A stretch of DNA of 64,000 bases from a virus: IMG/VR virus record IMGVR_UViG_3300031787_009175, positions 1-64,000 of that record. One strand, given 5' to 3'. Below, in pieces: positions 51,901 to 61,015 of the stretch (within the stretch, counting starts at the first letter, position 1; every line of letters starts with the position of its first letter). The notes under the pieces were generated by a model, which did not search any database, was not told the origin of the DNA, and worked only from the letters and a program-made list of their open reading frames with translations. The position numbers and the translations under genes are program-made.

Positions 51901-54900
51901 GAACATTCACCTTGTGAGTTTGTACAACCACTACAACTTGCAAATGTAGAACCTGTATTTGAATTTAGGTAATATAAATTTTCAGCCGGTTGATTTACAA
52001 TTCTGAAACACCCTTGTAATCCATTTCCATCAAAATAATACGTAAGATTTTGGTCAAGACCATAAATTGTATTATATGTCATACCAAAACCACTGAAATT
52101 GTATGTGGTACCTGATAGTAAATCACAACAAGCGCTGAATGATTTTTGATTCGATGTTGGTGTTACGGTAGGTGTTGGGGTTGATGTTGGTGTTGCAGGT
52201 GGAGTTGGTGGAGGTGTTTCAGTTGGTGTCGGTGTTACGGTATTTGTCGGTGTTTGTGTGTTTGTTGGTGTCGGAGTAGGTGTAGGACAAACACCCCCTA
52301 CGCAAGCACCAATTAATTCAGCAGTCCCAGAACCGAAACTAGTTATACTCCTTACACAAAAATTACCTGAAACTCCTGGTGCGACCGATTGAGATACACC
52401 ATTACAATCAACATATACTAATGCTGTCGAAGTCCTACCAATACTAACTGTTATAAAATAACAATCACAAACAGGGGTTGTTGGTGTCACAGTCGGAGTC
52501 ACAGTACTCGTAGGTGTGGGTGTTGGTGTTGGGCATGGATTTGTTGATGTACAATCCTCACAAGAAGATTGTAACAAAATACTTTGATATTGAAAGTTTT
52601 CAGGTATGCCGATTTTATTCACACATCTAACGCATCCACTGAATCCTATCGTTTCTACGTAATAATAGTTACCAACTAATGGGGCAAATGCAAAAGGTAT
52701 ATCAAAAATTCTTATTTGTCTGTTATCACAACAACCAGTAAATAATCCAACTACGGGTGGAAATTGTGTAATAGTCGGAGTTGGCGTCAATGTTGGTGTT
52801 TGCGTGACAGTATTTGTTGGTGTGGTAGTATTGGTAGGTGTAACAGTATTGGTAGGTGTAACAGTATTAGTTGGAGTTACAGTATTGGTCGGCGTTTGAG
52901 TTGGTGTTTGTGTTGATGTGGGACTTGGACTTTGACCAGGTGTAGGGGTAGGTGTTGGGGTCGTAGTTGAAGTAGGTGTTGTTGTAGGTGTTATAGTTGG
53001 AGTCGATGTTGGACTCGGACTAATGTCAACACAAGGAGCTAGTATTCCTGAATTATTAGACTGGCAAGTAAAACAGTCGTCCTCTAAAATGTAACCCACA
53101 ATTGAGTAATTCAGATTAGGGGAAACGTTGGACGTGATTGTCACACAAGCATAGTAAGGATTGCCACCCACGGTAAACTCCATCAAGTAAAAATCTCCAA
53201 CATCACCAGCAGTAAACAAAGCTCCTGTTTGATAAATTTTACCATTTCCACAACAATCAACAGCCGCAATTTGTAGAGGAGTTGTTGGTGTAGGAGTTAT
53301 AGTTGGAGTTTGTGTTTTAGTAGGTGTTACAGTTTGAGTTTGAGTATTCGTTGGTGTATTAGTTGGTGTTTGGGTTGTAGTATTTGTAGGTGTTTGTGTG
53401 TTGGTTGGTGTATTTGTAGGCGTCTGCGTTGAAGTATTTGTAGGAGTGTTTGTTGGTGTTTGTGTCGAAGTGTTTGTAGGGGTAGTAGTAGGGGTATTAG
53501 TAGGCGTTTGCGTGTTTGTAGGTGTTTGAGTTGTTGTGTTCGTAGGAGTATTTGTAGGAGTATTTGTAGGGGTATTAGTAGGTGTTTGAGTATTTGTTGG
53601 TGTATTTGTTGATGTTTGGGTTTGAGTGTTAGTTGGTGTATTAGTTGGTGTTTGTGTATTGGTTGGCGTGACAGTGTTAGTCGGAGTTTGTGTGTTAGTC
53701 GGAGTTTGTGTGTTAGTCGGAGTTTGTGTTGTCGTAGAAGTTGGAGTGTTAGTTGGAGTTTGAGTAGATGTTGGCGACGGGGTTGCACCTGGTGTTGGTG
53801 TGTTAGTGGGAGTTTGAGTATTAGTTGGAGTTTGTGTGTTAGTCGGAGTAATAGTATTTGTGGGTGTAACAGTATTAGTTGGCGTTTGTGTGTTAGTCGG
53901 AGTAACAGTATTCGTAGGTGTTTGAGTATTCGTAGGTGTTTGAGTATTGGTAGGCGTTTGAGTATTCGTAGGAGTCAGCGTATTCGTTGGCGTTTTAGTA
54001 TTGGTAGGTGTTTGGGTATTAGTTGGTGTAACCGTATTTGTTGGCGTTTGAGTATTTGTAGGTGTTTGAGTATTCGTAGATGTTACAGTATTAGTTGGGG
54101 TATTAGTAGGTGTTTGAGTTGTGGTATTAGTTGGGGTATTAGTAGGTGTTTGAGTTGTGGTATTAGTAGGGGTGTTAGTTGGGGAAGGGGAAACTGCTGG
54201 GGTAGGAGTTTGTGTATTAGTAGGGGTTATTGTCGGAGTATTGGTTGGGGTGACAGTGGATGTATTTGTCGGTGTCTGTGTATTTGTCGGGGTGATTGTA
54301 TTAGTTGGCGTTTGTGTATTTGTCGGGGTGATTGTATTAGTTGGGGTTTGTGTATTGGTTGGTGTTGTAGTGGGAGTTTGTGTCTTAGTGCTAGTAGGTG
54401 TAACAGTATTAGTCGGGGTATTAGTTGGTGTTGTTGTGTTCGTTGGTGTGTTAGTCGGTGTCTCAGTATTCGTTGGTGTGTTAGTCGGTGTCTCAGTATT
54501 AGTTGGTGTGTTGGTTGTTGTCTGAGTTGGTGTAGGTGTTGGAGTTTCACCTGGTGTTGGAGTTACAGTAGGTGTAACTGTTGGAGTCACGGTTGATGTT
54601 GGTGTTTTTGACGGGAATGGTGTTTTTGTTGGAGTTCTAGTTGGGGTACTTGTTGTGGTTTCAGTTGGAGTATTTGTTGGAGTGAGAGTTATGGTCGAAG
54701 TATTAGTTGATGTTATTGTATTGGTAGGTGTTATAGTGTTAGTTGGTGTCGATGTATTAGTTGGTGTATTAGTTGGTGTTTCTGTATTTGTAGAAGTATT
54801 TGTCGGAGTGTTAGTTGGTGTCTCTGTATTTGTCGGGGTATTAGTCGGCGTATTGGTTGGTGTGACAGTATTTGTCGGTGTTGGAGAAGGGGTTGGACAA

Positions 54901-55859
54901 GTAGCACTACCTGTCGTTGCACTTAAACATTCTGTACATCCTGTATATATAACTACTTTCTGTAAGTTGTAATAGAAATTTGTAAACTCCCTTGCAACCA
55001 CAGAACATCCACTAAATGCGTCAGTTTCGAAATAATAAACTTTTGTGGGGTCCACCTTATCTATATAACCAACATTATCTATCAGGTTGAATATATATCC
55101 CCCACAACAAGAGCTAAATGTTAGAGGTAATAAAGTTGAGGTTGGAGTTACCGTTGGTGTTGGTGTTGTAGTAGGTGTAGGACATACACTAGAACCTGTC
55201 TCGGCCGACAAACATAAATCACAAGTATTATATTCAGTTAGAGCGGTGTAAGTATATGTTGCACTCGGTCTACCAAACCCAACTGTTGCACAAGTACTAA
55301 AACCTGAGTCAGTTTCAACATAGTATGTTTTAGTTTGGTCTAACACATCCTCTATTTTACCGTTAGATACAGCAAAAACAAAATTACCACAACAAGATAT
55401 AAAAGATAATGTTAAATTTGTTGGTGTTATTGTAGGAGTTGGTGTTTGGGTTGGTGTTGTTGTTGGCGCTGGCGTTCTTGTCAGTGTTGGTGTTGCAGTA
55501 ATTGAAGGTGTAACTGTTGGAGTAACTGTATTTGTGGGGGTTACTGTTGGAGTATTGGATGTTGGTGTAACTGTAGGGGTTACAGATGGAGTTACGGTTG
55601 GTGTTGGTGTAAATGTGGGGGTTGGTGTTTGTGATATTGTACAATCTATCACTTGGAATGTTTCGCAACCAACCCCATCGACAATTTTCAAAATCAAAGG
55701 ATTCAACCCCTCGAACTCTGCCGGTATAGGGTCTTCTATTGTCGGTGGAATTGTTGTTAGAATTTCAGACAATAGGTAACAGGTTGTGAGAGTTAAATCA
55801 CAAATACTTATACTATATGGTGGGGTTCCCGTTACATTATTAACCTGAATTATATTCAT
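45990..55859 (-). CDS. Giant mucin-like virion/fibre protein (Thr-Pro blocks, Cys-rich modules, vWA-like domain, Delta-60 repeats)
   Basis: 3289 aa ORF with about 8 TP blocks, repeated CC...C...CxxC modules, [11 protein letters not shown] (DxSxS) and [12 protein letters not shown]...[13 protein letters not shown] repeats. No signal peptide; TATTTAT lies 4 nt upstream. Confidence 0.75.
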   Translation of the reverse strand: MNIIQVNNVTGTPPYSISICDLTLTTCYLLSEILTTIPPTIEDPIPAEFEGLNPLILKIVDGVGCETFQVIDCTISQTPTPTFTPTPTVTPSVTPTVTPTSNTPTVTPTNTVTPTVTPSITATPTLTRTPAPTTTPTQTPTPTITPTNLTLSFISCCGNFVFAVSNGKIEDVLDQTKTYYVETDSGFSTCATVGFGRPSATYTYTALTEYNTCDLCLSAETGSSVCPTPTTTPTPTVTPTSTLLPLTFSSCCGGYIFNLIDNVGYIDKVDPTKVYYFETDAFSGCSVVAREFTNFYYNLQKVVIYTGCTECLSATTGSATCPTPSPTPTNTVTPTNTPTNTPTNTETPTNTPTNTSTNTETPTNTPTNTSTPTNTITPTNTITSTNTSTITLTPTNTPTETTTSTPTRTPTKTPFPSKTPTSTVTPTVTPTVTPTPGETPTPTPTQTTTNTPTNTETPTNTPTNTETPTNTPTNTTTPTNTPTNTVTPTSTKTQTPTTTPTNTQTPTNTITPTNTQTPTNTITPTNTQTPTNTSTVTPTNTPTITPTNTQTPTPAVSPSPTNTPTNTTTQTPTNTPTNTTTQTPTNTPTNTVTSTNTQTPTNTQTPTNTVTPTNTQTPTNTKTPTNTLTPTNTQTPTNTQTPTNTQTPTNTVTPTNTQTPTNTVTPTNTITPTNTQTPTNTQTPTNTPTPGATPSPTSTQTPTNTPTSTTTQTPTNTQTPTNTQTPTNTVTPTNTQTPTNTPTNTQTQTSTNTPTNTQTPTNTPTNTPTNTPTNTTTQTPTNTQTPTNTPTTTPTNTSTQTPTNTPTNTSTQTPTNTPTNTQTPTNTTTQTPTNTPTNTQTQTVTPTKTQTPTITPTPTTPLQIAAVDCCGNGKIYQTGALFTAGDVGDFYLMEFTVGGNPYYACVTITSNVSPNLNYSIVGYILEDDCFTCQSNNSGILAPCVDISPSPTSTPTITPTTTPTSTTTPTPTPTPGQSPSPTSTQTPTQTPTNTVTPTNTVTPTNTVTPTNTTTPTNTVTQTPTLTPTPTITQFPPVVGLFTGCCDNRQIRIFDIPFAFAPLVGNYYYVETIGFSGCVRCVNKIGIPENFQYQSILLQSSCEDCTSTNPCPTPTPTPTSTVTPTVTPTTPVCDCYFITVSIGRTSTALVYVDCNGVSQSVAPGVSGNFCVRSITSFGSGTAELIGACVGGVCPTPTPTPTNTQTPTNTVTPTPTETPPPTPPATPTSTPTPTVTPTSNQKSFSACCDLLSGTTYNFSGFGMTYNTIYGLDQNLTYYFDGNGLQGCFRIVNQPAENLYYLNSNTGSTFASCSGCTNSQGECSFNPIYQMCQCSATTDLTKNIYVFYDASPSYSPSTLSGASQNIRSWYSDLVNNSGYTGNLYEMVVYGMNWMWWSCYPYLGSLLGGTLSSGFISNPLNCYVVDGGVGTVNYNINRGLNFDGTKNQYSSGIRNSFSSDTVNSSPIYTYGGNVDSFRDTNYITINIINEAQNAYTTNTSGYNTSGNTTNQPDNFNFNLTNVLDDYEAYLNVWYDLKYVSLGEIENFLYPEPSFAGILPQPYNLPIGYQFILTSLAIIEGETNTSTYFGNKYNFNGGVWPFINPVMSPNWTFVTLETINPITAFTASTVYQNLTPSLQDGVGLKNFNWQIDPTVTGFSTTNITNSFNRIISYNEPTDNCVFVDEPLPINLGDVVGLSNLSGCWTLVDIIDSSPSVISSYITGATFDNCELCSAQVTRCFSSCCNSIKFIFADEFASIPYNYEIGETLYIVSDLFVGCATIIESNPTTIYTLTNPPALSSVYNDCDACQLDIYGTINCVSQTPTKTPAPTPTPTKTQTPTTTVTPTNTQTPTNTQTPTNTQTPTVTPTVTVTQTPTLTPTPAPQFQVWEFRDCCTQTDVKYYLLDTFTHSWSVGDVVTDTTNNQCYSAYQYLPEEGTYSESYTTTAYTTCWECVQTVGCPMIFLDCCSGDTQFVVNVVPTGQTTQYGTQFSYDLQIGNTTTTQGTGGLGGGTAVGVCLYFNGSSTIGSVNPQVPFPVSSFLSDCSTCESNYLNQYCTRARFTDCCTETLTYYFNVNNTGWDIGDIVQYEDPTITGTKCFKLVAFDNSQSGVFSYEIPDFQTGECLQCQQQNKCECGFTAYDFISCCDDPYGTPTLVTFGIVPENFVAGNVVINPDDSLPYSMVSASTGNFGTNCFINYDYINCTVALNNLGNPCGFGVRDYTNCCDGGDIIPIYDAGYSIYFQPVIVYNDLCYSRGGGSVETTGATIAWTGYSDCNGCTSVNLESYVLSSCTVSGLTFTADSTTTLLENNTYNITGFPDVFYKDQEFVYGIGFSGLNAQVSSLLQLTQKADTIIYGGSFSAYNGNIAYLYTSTNGVGTFDSLFDSNEFQNYTDAGGANSYVFDTIEQSTGNIILGGRFTGYGVNNVNYIVRTTDAGVYDNTFSSSTGFNQEVYVLTLDTLVQDRFFVGGTFTTYSGFSSPGLIKLKSNGEIDTSFVNYGNGAEMRDIFTIKLQSDDKVVVGGNITGYNSNPLKGIMRLNTDGTLDTTFSGTVNNVGGLGGAIDLVIQNDGKIVVVGGFSSANTQNIVNIVRFDSGGTIDNTFNAQSWSSGFTSTQIFLKILLLSDGKFLVGTNKNIGKLYYVNSDGSLLQTMTGSTNSEFYDIIKIDNQSGRYLVGGNFSSITINNVTYNANNIIGIERIEENCFTVIDTLTGCVNSQFTATVNGGPYVDCANCLSPVSSTPTPTPTPTPTPTPTPTKTVTPTVTQTKTPTKTPTPTKSQTPTQTPTLTQSPTNTQTPTQTPTVTKTPTVTPTPTQTNFEVTLETESCCTSQTYYVRLTGLTSLQYNEFITAQVFQIYLAPPNNMCLQVLGLSSNSPDITTSLSASYKVSRDCDECIFINTPSDCCCGPNITNITYSFQQNGGWTYSVFFDLIDCNSCCDVNVQYSTVSPNGPWLGFIGSVNFSCTSPQTVNNGPIPNSFTNLFFRVVKICCDPLSEGACPPAGDRSSVICQQVSGFSNTYTITRIQGCNIYSMTREPLGYTTLTNISRYAQPPTSLATNIWYEDIEVQLSSGSLTTFANIYSPTNKMYFADMNNIYEFTTTATNFNPIYNRTINVTGGNIIKIANNQPGTNNILHYVKSVLGVQKMYRVNIATSTPVETFLFDLPSGGTLNGSIHLYEEPSSFVLPIKVGVDTYLVDIIYNQFTFTYSVQSTTQKLNLPVSNGASGPFFPFPGITLPQFYVATVNGAVFNITFSSGNYVFTLVSGDMIPGPPGTTYTTITDLTHDPKCAPWGLP
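53280..54900 (-). repeat. Coding tandem repeats ([16 protein letters not shown]; 12-, 18- and 36-bp periodicity)
   Basis: Examples: GTGTTAGTCGGAGTTTGT three times near 53674-53727, and a 36-bp unit duplicated near 54088-54160. Most other units differ at synonymous positions. Confidence 0.9.
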
Positions 55860-55931
55860 ACCGATAAATACACCTTTTACTGAATTTAATAATAACCAAA
55901 CATATTATGAATTAAATATTTACTTTGTCAT

Positions 55932-56342
55932 TTAACACGTTGGTGTTGATGAAGGTGTTCTTGTTACTGAAGGAGTCATTGTTGGGGTTTTAGTTTGTGT
56001 AGGCGTTTGTGTAGGCGTTTTAGTTGGGCAAGGATTTATTGTTGGTGTAACGGTCACAGTCGGTGTTGGGGTCGGAGTTTGGGTTCTTGTAACCGATGGG
56101 GTAGGTGTTGGTGTTGGAGTTGGCATCGGCACCGAAATTGTATAAGAACAATCCTTGTTAACTATATAAATCGAATAGTCACCATAAATATATTGAGGTG
56201 GTGATAAAGTATTGGAACTAAAAACGTAAGGTAAAACTTGTTCACCAAGATAAAATGAAATTGTTTTTCCATACGGAGTGAACATAATCTGAGCAGTTTC
56301 CCCTGAAAAATTTACACTTTCAATCGTTATAACTTGTTGCAT
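55932..56342 (-). CDS. Small protein with a C-terminal Thr-Pro mucin-like tail
   Basis: Beta-rich N-terminal domain, then [19 protein letters not shown]...TPTC. Confidence 0.7.
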   Translation of the reverse strand: MQQVITIESVNFSGETAQIMFTPYGKTISFYLGEQVLPYVFSSNTLSPPQYIYGDYSIYIVNKDCSYTISVPMPTPTPTPTPSVTRTQTPTPTPTVTVTPTINPCPTKTPTQTPTQTKTPTMTPSVTRTPSSTPTC

Positions 56343-56344
56343 TA

Positions 56345-58267
56345 TTATGGTAGATTATAGGTTATATCGTTTGTATCACAAACAGGGTAACACTTTGGAC
56401 AATCAGGATTAAACATATCAAACTTATCTTTTAACAAAAGGAAATTATGTTTGACCTCTGGTGCGGTTAATGGACTAACATACATTCTGAATTGACTTAT
56501 ACCACCCTCGAATGTTCCTGCAAAATTTTGTTCAATCAGTATGTTAGTTGTTAATGACGATAAAGATGTTGCACTCAAAACGTTATTAGGAAATAACTCA
56601 GGGTCCTGTATATAAGAATTTGTCAATCCTGTTGGACATGCTGAAAAAACTAAATTCTCTCTTAGTCCTTGCGTCCCACCTCCCCAAGATATATTAAAAG
56701 GAACTCCAATTTGTTTTTCTTTGTCAGCATTTAGAGCTCTTGGTATTATCTCTTCTACATCTTCAATGGTGTAAAATATTCTTCCATTTACGTAGATTTT
56801 CAATCTACCGTTTCTGTAGTGTTTGTCTATCAACCATTTTTCATTTAACTGAACTATTTCAATTTGCTCAGGTGTTAGATTTTGATGTGTCACAGGTGGA
56901 CTTATCAAATAAACTGAATTGTTTGCCAACGAATCCAAGTAAACCAATTTTGTGATATCACCTAATCCTCCTCTAAAATATAAATCACAAGTATCAAGCC
57001 ATGTGTAACGTTCCCAAACCACATCAACCAAAAACCAATGTTCAGAGGTTGTATAAGCAGAATTTACACCCAAACAATAATCATATATTCCATTTGGAGA
57101 ACAGTAATTATCTATTGTATATCCCGTCGAATAAGTAATACCACTTGTTTCACAAGAACCCGTTGTTTCACAGTCGCCAGTAAATCTCAAAATTCTCACA
57201 CCAATTTTAGGATTCCCATCTTCACCACACAATCTCAGAGAAATTGCGTTTGACATCGAATCATAGATTGGGTCTTTATCAGGAATATTTGATATCGTTC
57301 CTGAATTACATCCGCACCCACAACCTACTGCGTGAGAAACCGTAATTCCTGTTGGTTCATATACGTCAACACATCTTGAATTTGTGACACCAGTATTTGA
57401 ACAAGCACAAGTTTTTAAACAATCTGCTAATGATTCCGTAACTCTTGTATATCCTGTGTCAGATGATGGAACACCGTTTGCGTGATGACCGTACTTGTTT
57501 TCGGCTCTTGTTCCCATATAAAAGAACATATTTCTATTATCAGGATAAATTTCATTTAATGTTGTTTGGCCTGTCGTTGCACTAAATTCGTTTGTCAAAC
57601 GAGGTTTAATAATCATTTCCACGGACCATCCTTTATTCATTCTTGATGGAAATAGGTCATAATCATAACCAAATAACTTGTAAAACCCTTGGTAAAATCC
57701 ACCATATAACTCTTGGTAATAACCAATGTAGGGGTCTATCTTTGATACTATTTCATATATTGTTTGGGCCGATATTCCTGAAAACCTAACATTTGGAGAT
57801 GATGTATATCCTGTGACTTGAGTTAGTTTTAATCTTCTATCGAAATTATATCTACCAAACTTATCTGAATCCGAAAATAATCCTTGAGTTATTGTGATGG
57901 TTTGTCCGGTCATTCCCGTTACCAAACCATTATCAATACCTGTTAAACCTATGTCACACAAAGTTTCCGAACTAAAACAAGTTAAATCCAATCCATTAGG
58001 ATTATAATAATTTTCAGAAATCAGAACATTGTTGAAATTATATTCACCATAAGATAAACTCAACCTTTGATTTGACGACAAACTATTCAAATCAAAATAA
58101 AATGGCAGTCGATTACCGTATGTTTGGGCAATCAAATAAGGTGAAAAAACTACTTCTTGATTGAAATCCAACTCGTCGGAAGCTAATGATATATCATTCA
58201 AATCGTAGAAATGACTATCTAAATAAAACTTCTTGAAAACATACTGATTAATGTTTTGTTGTGCCAT
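56345..58267 (-). CDS. Cys-rich structural protein with a LamG/concanavalin-like fold
   Basis: [28 protein letters not shown] and [20 protein letters not shown] are LamG-like. The start is set to MAQQ at 58267. Confidence 0.6.
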   Translation of the reverse strand: MAQQNINQYVFKKFYLDSHFYDLNDISLASDELDFNQEVVFSPYLIAQTYGNRLPFYFDLNSLSSNQRLSLSYGEYNFNNVLISENYYNPNGLDLTCFSSETLCDIGLTGIDNGLVTGMTGQTITITQGLFSDSDKFGRYNFDRRLKLTQVTGYTSSPNVRFSGISAQTIYEIVSKIDPYIGYYQELYGGFYQGFYKLFGYDYDLFPSRMNKGWSVEMIIKPRLTNEFSATTGQTTLNEIYPDNRNMFFYMGTRAENKYGHHANGVPSSDTGYTRVTESLADCLKTCACSNTGVTNSRCVDVYEPTGITVSHAVGCGCGCNSGTISNIPDKDPIYDSMSNAISLRLCGEDGNPKIGVRILRFTGDCETTGSCETSGITYSTGYTIDNYCSPNGIYDYCLGVNSAYTTSEHWFLVDVVWERYTWLDTCDLYFRGGLGDITKLVYLDSLANNSVYLISPPVTHQNLTPEQIEIVQLNEKWLIDKHYRNGRLKIYVNGRIFYTIEDVEEIIPRALNADKEKQIGVPFNISWGGGTQGLRENLVFSACPTGLTNSYIQDPELFPNNVLSATSLSSLTTNILIEQNFAGTFEGGISQFRMYVSPLTAPEVKHNFLLLKDKFDMFNPDCPKCYPVCDTNDITYNLP

Positions 58268-58319
58268 TTTATTTTTTATAGATAAATACACAACATCAGA
58301 GTATTTATTGTAAAAAACT

Positions 58320-59156
58320 ATGATAAATTACAATCAAGAATATTATAGTTCGCCTTATTATTTCTTTTTGAGAGATATGGGGGATAAAGTTTCTTTGTAT
58401 TATTCAGTGGGGGAAACCTTGAATGAATCAAGACGAAGCGATAGGAAGAGAGATTTTGATAAAAAAGATTCACCAAAAATAAAATCTTTGATTTCTAAAA
58501 TTCTTTCTAAGAAAAAGAAACCACAATCAACTGATGAAGTTGAAAAGGAACTCGATGAATTAATTGAACCTGATGGGTCTTTTGCAACTTCTTCTACTCC
58601 AATATTAGACTTATCTTTTCATCCTCGTAGAACGATGGACCAAACTGTTATTACAACAAGACAAACCAACAATCCTGTTACAAGAGGTTATAGTCGTATC
58701 TATTATGGCGAATCAAAAGAAGAAGAACCTGTTGTCAATGAGGTAGATTATTCTGAAGCGTTTGGTTATGAAGAAACAAAAAATTTGGATGGTAAAAAAA
58801 CCTACAAAACTTTAGTTAAAAAAATGGGTATGGAACCCGAGGAGGCGAAAGCTAGAACAAAACAATTTGGTAAAGACCCAACAGGTAAACGAGACAAAAA
58901 ATCTAAATACAGAAATAAAAAAGGATTCATCGCCAAACTCACTCTATCTGAAATGGAGAAACTTGAGATGAAAAAAATGATTGAAAATCTTTTATCTAAA
59001 AAAAATTCTGATGATGCTGATGTTATAAGAAAAGATATGGCCGAGGATACTCCCGTGTCTAGAATGGTAAAGAAAAACTTAGATTCAATAAAAAAAATGG
59101 CAGAAAAAGGGGGTATCTCGATTAACCAACTAATCAAAATGTTGAGAAGTGAATAA
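58320..59156 (+). CDS. Hypothetical protein (possible head-associated)
   Basis: 278 aa charged ORF with TATTTAT upstream and LNE/VNE/LSE motifs. Confidence 0.6.
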   Translation: MINYNQEYYSSPYYFFLRDMGDKVSLYYSVGETLNESRRSDRKRDFDKKDSPKIKSLISKILSKKKKPQSTDEVEKELDELIEPDGSFATSSTPILDLSFHPRRTMDQTVITTRQTNNPVTRGYSRIYYGESKEEEPVVNEVDYSEAFGYEETKNLDGKKTYKTLVKKMGMEPEEAKARTKQFGKDPTGKRDKKSKYRNKKGFIAKLTLSEMEKLEMKKMIENLLSKKNSDDADVIRKDMAEDTPVSRMVKKNLDSIKKMAEKGGISINQLIKMLRSE

Positions 59157-59613
59157 GGATTTGTATAATAAAAAAGTCAAAGTTCCTGATGAAATACGTG
59201 AACATATGCGTAATTCATTCAACTCAGTAAGTTCCGAGTCAACTGATGAAGGTCACAAACGAAATACTGAACTTCAGAATGCAAACGAAATCACATACCA
59301 ACAACTAAAAAGAATCAAAAATTACTTCGATAACTTCAAAGGAGATGTCCAAGAAAAATCTTATGTATTGAATGGTGGTGATTATATGAAAAAATGGGTA
59401 GATGAAACCTTAAGATATTTGAGAGATGATAATTATAATTCAAAAAAAATTGCATCGGATACTGGAATGCCAAACGAATTCAATCAAGAAAAACAACAAG
59501 ATGATATTTCATCTATGAATAGACCAAGTAAATCACACAGAAAAAATAACGATGACGTAAAAATCACCGAAGCCCTGAAAAGGATAAACGAATTGATGAA
59601 AAAAATTATTTAA
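59149..59613 (+). CDS. Hypothetical protein
   Basis: 154 aa ORF ending in ITEALKRINELMKKII. Confidence 0.6.
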   Translation: MNKDLYNKKVKVPDEIREHMRNSFNSVSSESTDEGHKRNTELQNANEITYQQLKRIKNYFDNFKGDVQEKSYVLNGGDYMKKWVDETLRYLRDDNYNSKKIASDTGMPNEFNQEKQQDDISSMNRPSKSHRKNNDDVKITEALKRINELMKKII

Positions 59614-59614
59614 T

Positions 59615-59908
59615 ATGTCAGTCAGAATTCCAATCGATACTGCACAACCAGCAAATAAAATGACTGCGGTTGCAGACGAACAAAGAAGAAAAATTAAGGC
59701 AATCAATGATTATTTGGACCAAAATCAATACACGAGCACAAATCCTGATGCTTTGGCTGATGGTGATAATATGGGTCGTGGAACTGGTCAATTTTTGGAT
59801 ACAAATAATTATAACGCAGGAACATCAGATGATATTCTTAAAAGAAAAGAAGCGTTTGCCGGCGCGAAATACAAACCTCAAAGTCCATATACAACACCAA
59901 GCGCTTAA
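59615..59908 (+). CDS. Hypothetical protein
   Basis: 97 aa ORF tightly packed in the operon. Confidence 0.6.
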   Translation: MSVRIPIDTAQPANKMTAVADEQRRKIKAINDYLDQNQYTSTNPDALADGDNMGRGTGQFLDTNNYNAGTSDDILKRKEAFAGAKYKPQSPYTTPSA

Positions 59909-60297
59909 TGAAACTTTACAACTCCCTCAAAACTCTTATTTTAGAAGTGGCGTCTTTAGGTGCTGTCAGGGATGCTATTTCCAAAAAAAATAAATGTGTA
60001 ATTTACTATATCGGAGATGAACCAGGAGGAAAAGGATTAAGAGAAATTGAACCTGTTTGTTTAGGATATAGTAAAGCCGGTAACTTGGTTTTAAGAGCTT
60101 GGGATTATGAAGGAGCGTCACATACGGCATATAAAGGAAAACAACCTTTACCTGGTTGGAGGCTTTTCAGATTAGATAAAATTACTATGTTTAGACCTTT
60201 GGATATTAAGTTTTTTGACCCTAGACCTAATTATAATAAAAATGGAGATAGGAGTATGACAAGAGTTTTAATAAATGCACAATTTGACCAAGAATAA
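59908..60297 (+). CDS. Stand-alone WYL-domain protein
   Basis: IYY...REIEPVCLG...LVLRAW...WRLFRLDKI matches the WYL-domain pattern; there is no HTH. Confidence 0.75.
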   Translation: MKLYNSLKTLILEVASLGAVRDAISKKNKCVIYYIGDEPGGKGLREIEPVCLGYSKAGNLVLRAWDYEGASHTAYKGKQPLPGWRLFRLDKITMFRPLDIKFFDPRPNYNKNGDRSMTRVLINAQFDQE

Positions 60298-60299
60298 TT

Positions 60300-60902
60300 A
60301 TGAGAACAGAAAATGATTTGATACAAAAATTGATGATATCAAAAAAAATAATGGATAAACATAAAGAAATGCCAAGAGGTAGTGTCAGCGAAAGTGATGT
60401 TATGATGATGTCAAATCCTGATGTAGAAACTTTTACACCAGTACCAGCAAAATATAATATCCCATCAGAGTTCATGCAAGAACAAGAAATCAGTAGACCC
60501 GTTAATACAAATCCTGGCCCTATCACGGAAGATAAAATCAGAAATTCAAAATTACCTGATGAAATTAAAAGGTTAATGATGGAACACCCAATTAATCAAC
60601 CTCAACAAACTGGCCCAACTTTATCAGATGATTTAGTGGCTAAAGCATCACGACTGATGGGAACTAATAAACAAAATGTGGTCGAATCTAAAAAAACAAC
60701 AGGACCACTTCCTAAGCATATTGAATCTCCATCAATTGACAAAAATGAAATTGCTGCAATTGTAAGAGAAACAGTAGAGGAAGTCCTAAGAGAGAACGGA
60801 TTATTAATAGAATCAACTCAACGAACCAAAGATAACTTTACTTTCAAAGTAGGTAATCATATTTTTGAAGGGAAGTTAACTAAGATAAAAAAGGTTAGTT
60901 AA
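60300..60902 (+). CDS. Hypothetical protein
   Basis: 200 aa ORF with an IVRETVEEVLRENGLLIES motif. Confidence 0.6.
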   Translation: MRTENDLIQKLMISKKIMDKHKEMPRGSVSESDVMMMSNPDVETFTPVPAKYNIPSEFMQEQEISRPVNTNPGPITEDKIRNSKLPDEIKRLMMEHPINQPQQTGPTLSDDLVAKASRLMGTNKQNVVESKKTTGPLPKHIESPSIDKNEIAAIVRETVEEVLRENGLLIESTQRTKDNFTFKVGNHIFEGKLTKIKKVS

Positions 60903-60925
60903 GTTTTAGTATTATTTTTAGGAAG

Positions 60926-60959
60926 AAACCCCGACACATTAGTTGGGGTTTTTTGTTTT
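60926..60959 (+). terminator. Intrinsic terminator
   Basis: AAACCCCGAC-ACATTA-GTTGGGGTTT followed by TTTGTTTT. Confidence 0.85.
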
Positions 60960-60966
60960 AGGTGTG

Positions 60967-60995
60967 TTGATATTCTGATAGATAATCTTTATATT
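60967..60995 (+). promoter_or_regulatory. Host-RNAP promoter for the glycosyltransferase/exonuclease/dUTPase operon
   Basis: TTGATA-N17-TATATT directly after the terminator. Confidence 0.55.
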
Positions 60996-61015
60996 TTTCA
61001 CAAATCAATTCATAT

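Noticed and set aside
53280-54900. Possible CRISPR array or other non-coding tandem repeat
   Set aside because: Unit lengths are multiples of 3, vary at synonymous positions, have no unique spacers and lie in frame within a CDS.
53327-55779. Several overlapping ORFs rich in V/G, C/S/W or L/Q/H
   Set aside because: They are antisense or alternate-frame shadows of the Thr-Pro repeats, which lack stop codons in those frames.
36513-55859. Eukaryotic or giant-virus (NCLDV) origin of the mucin/GT60 region
   Set aside because: The region is contiguous with sheath, tube and neck genes, shares the same TATTTAT element and has prokaryotic overlapping-gene packing. A chimeric assembly is unlikely but was not tested.
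45990-58267. Diversity-generating retroelement acting on the fibre genes
   Set aside because: No reverse transcriptase gene and no template/variable repeat pair differing only at adenines were seen in this window.
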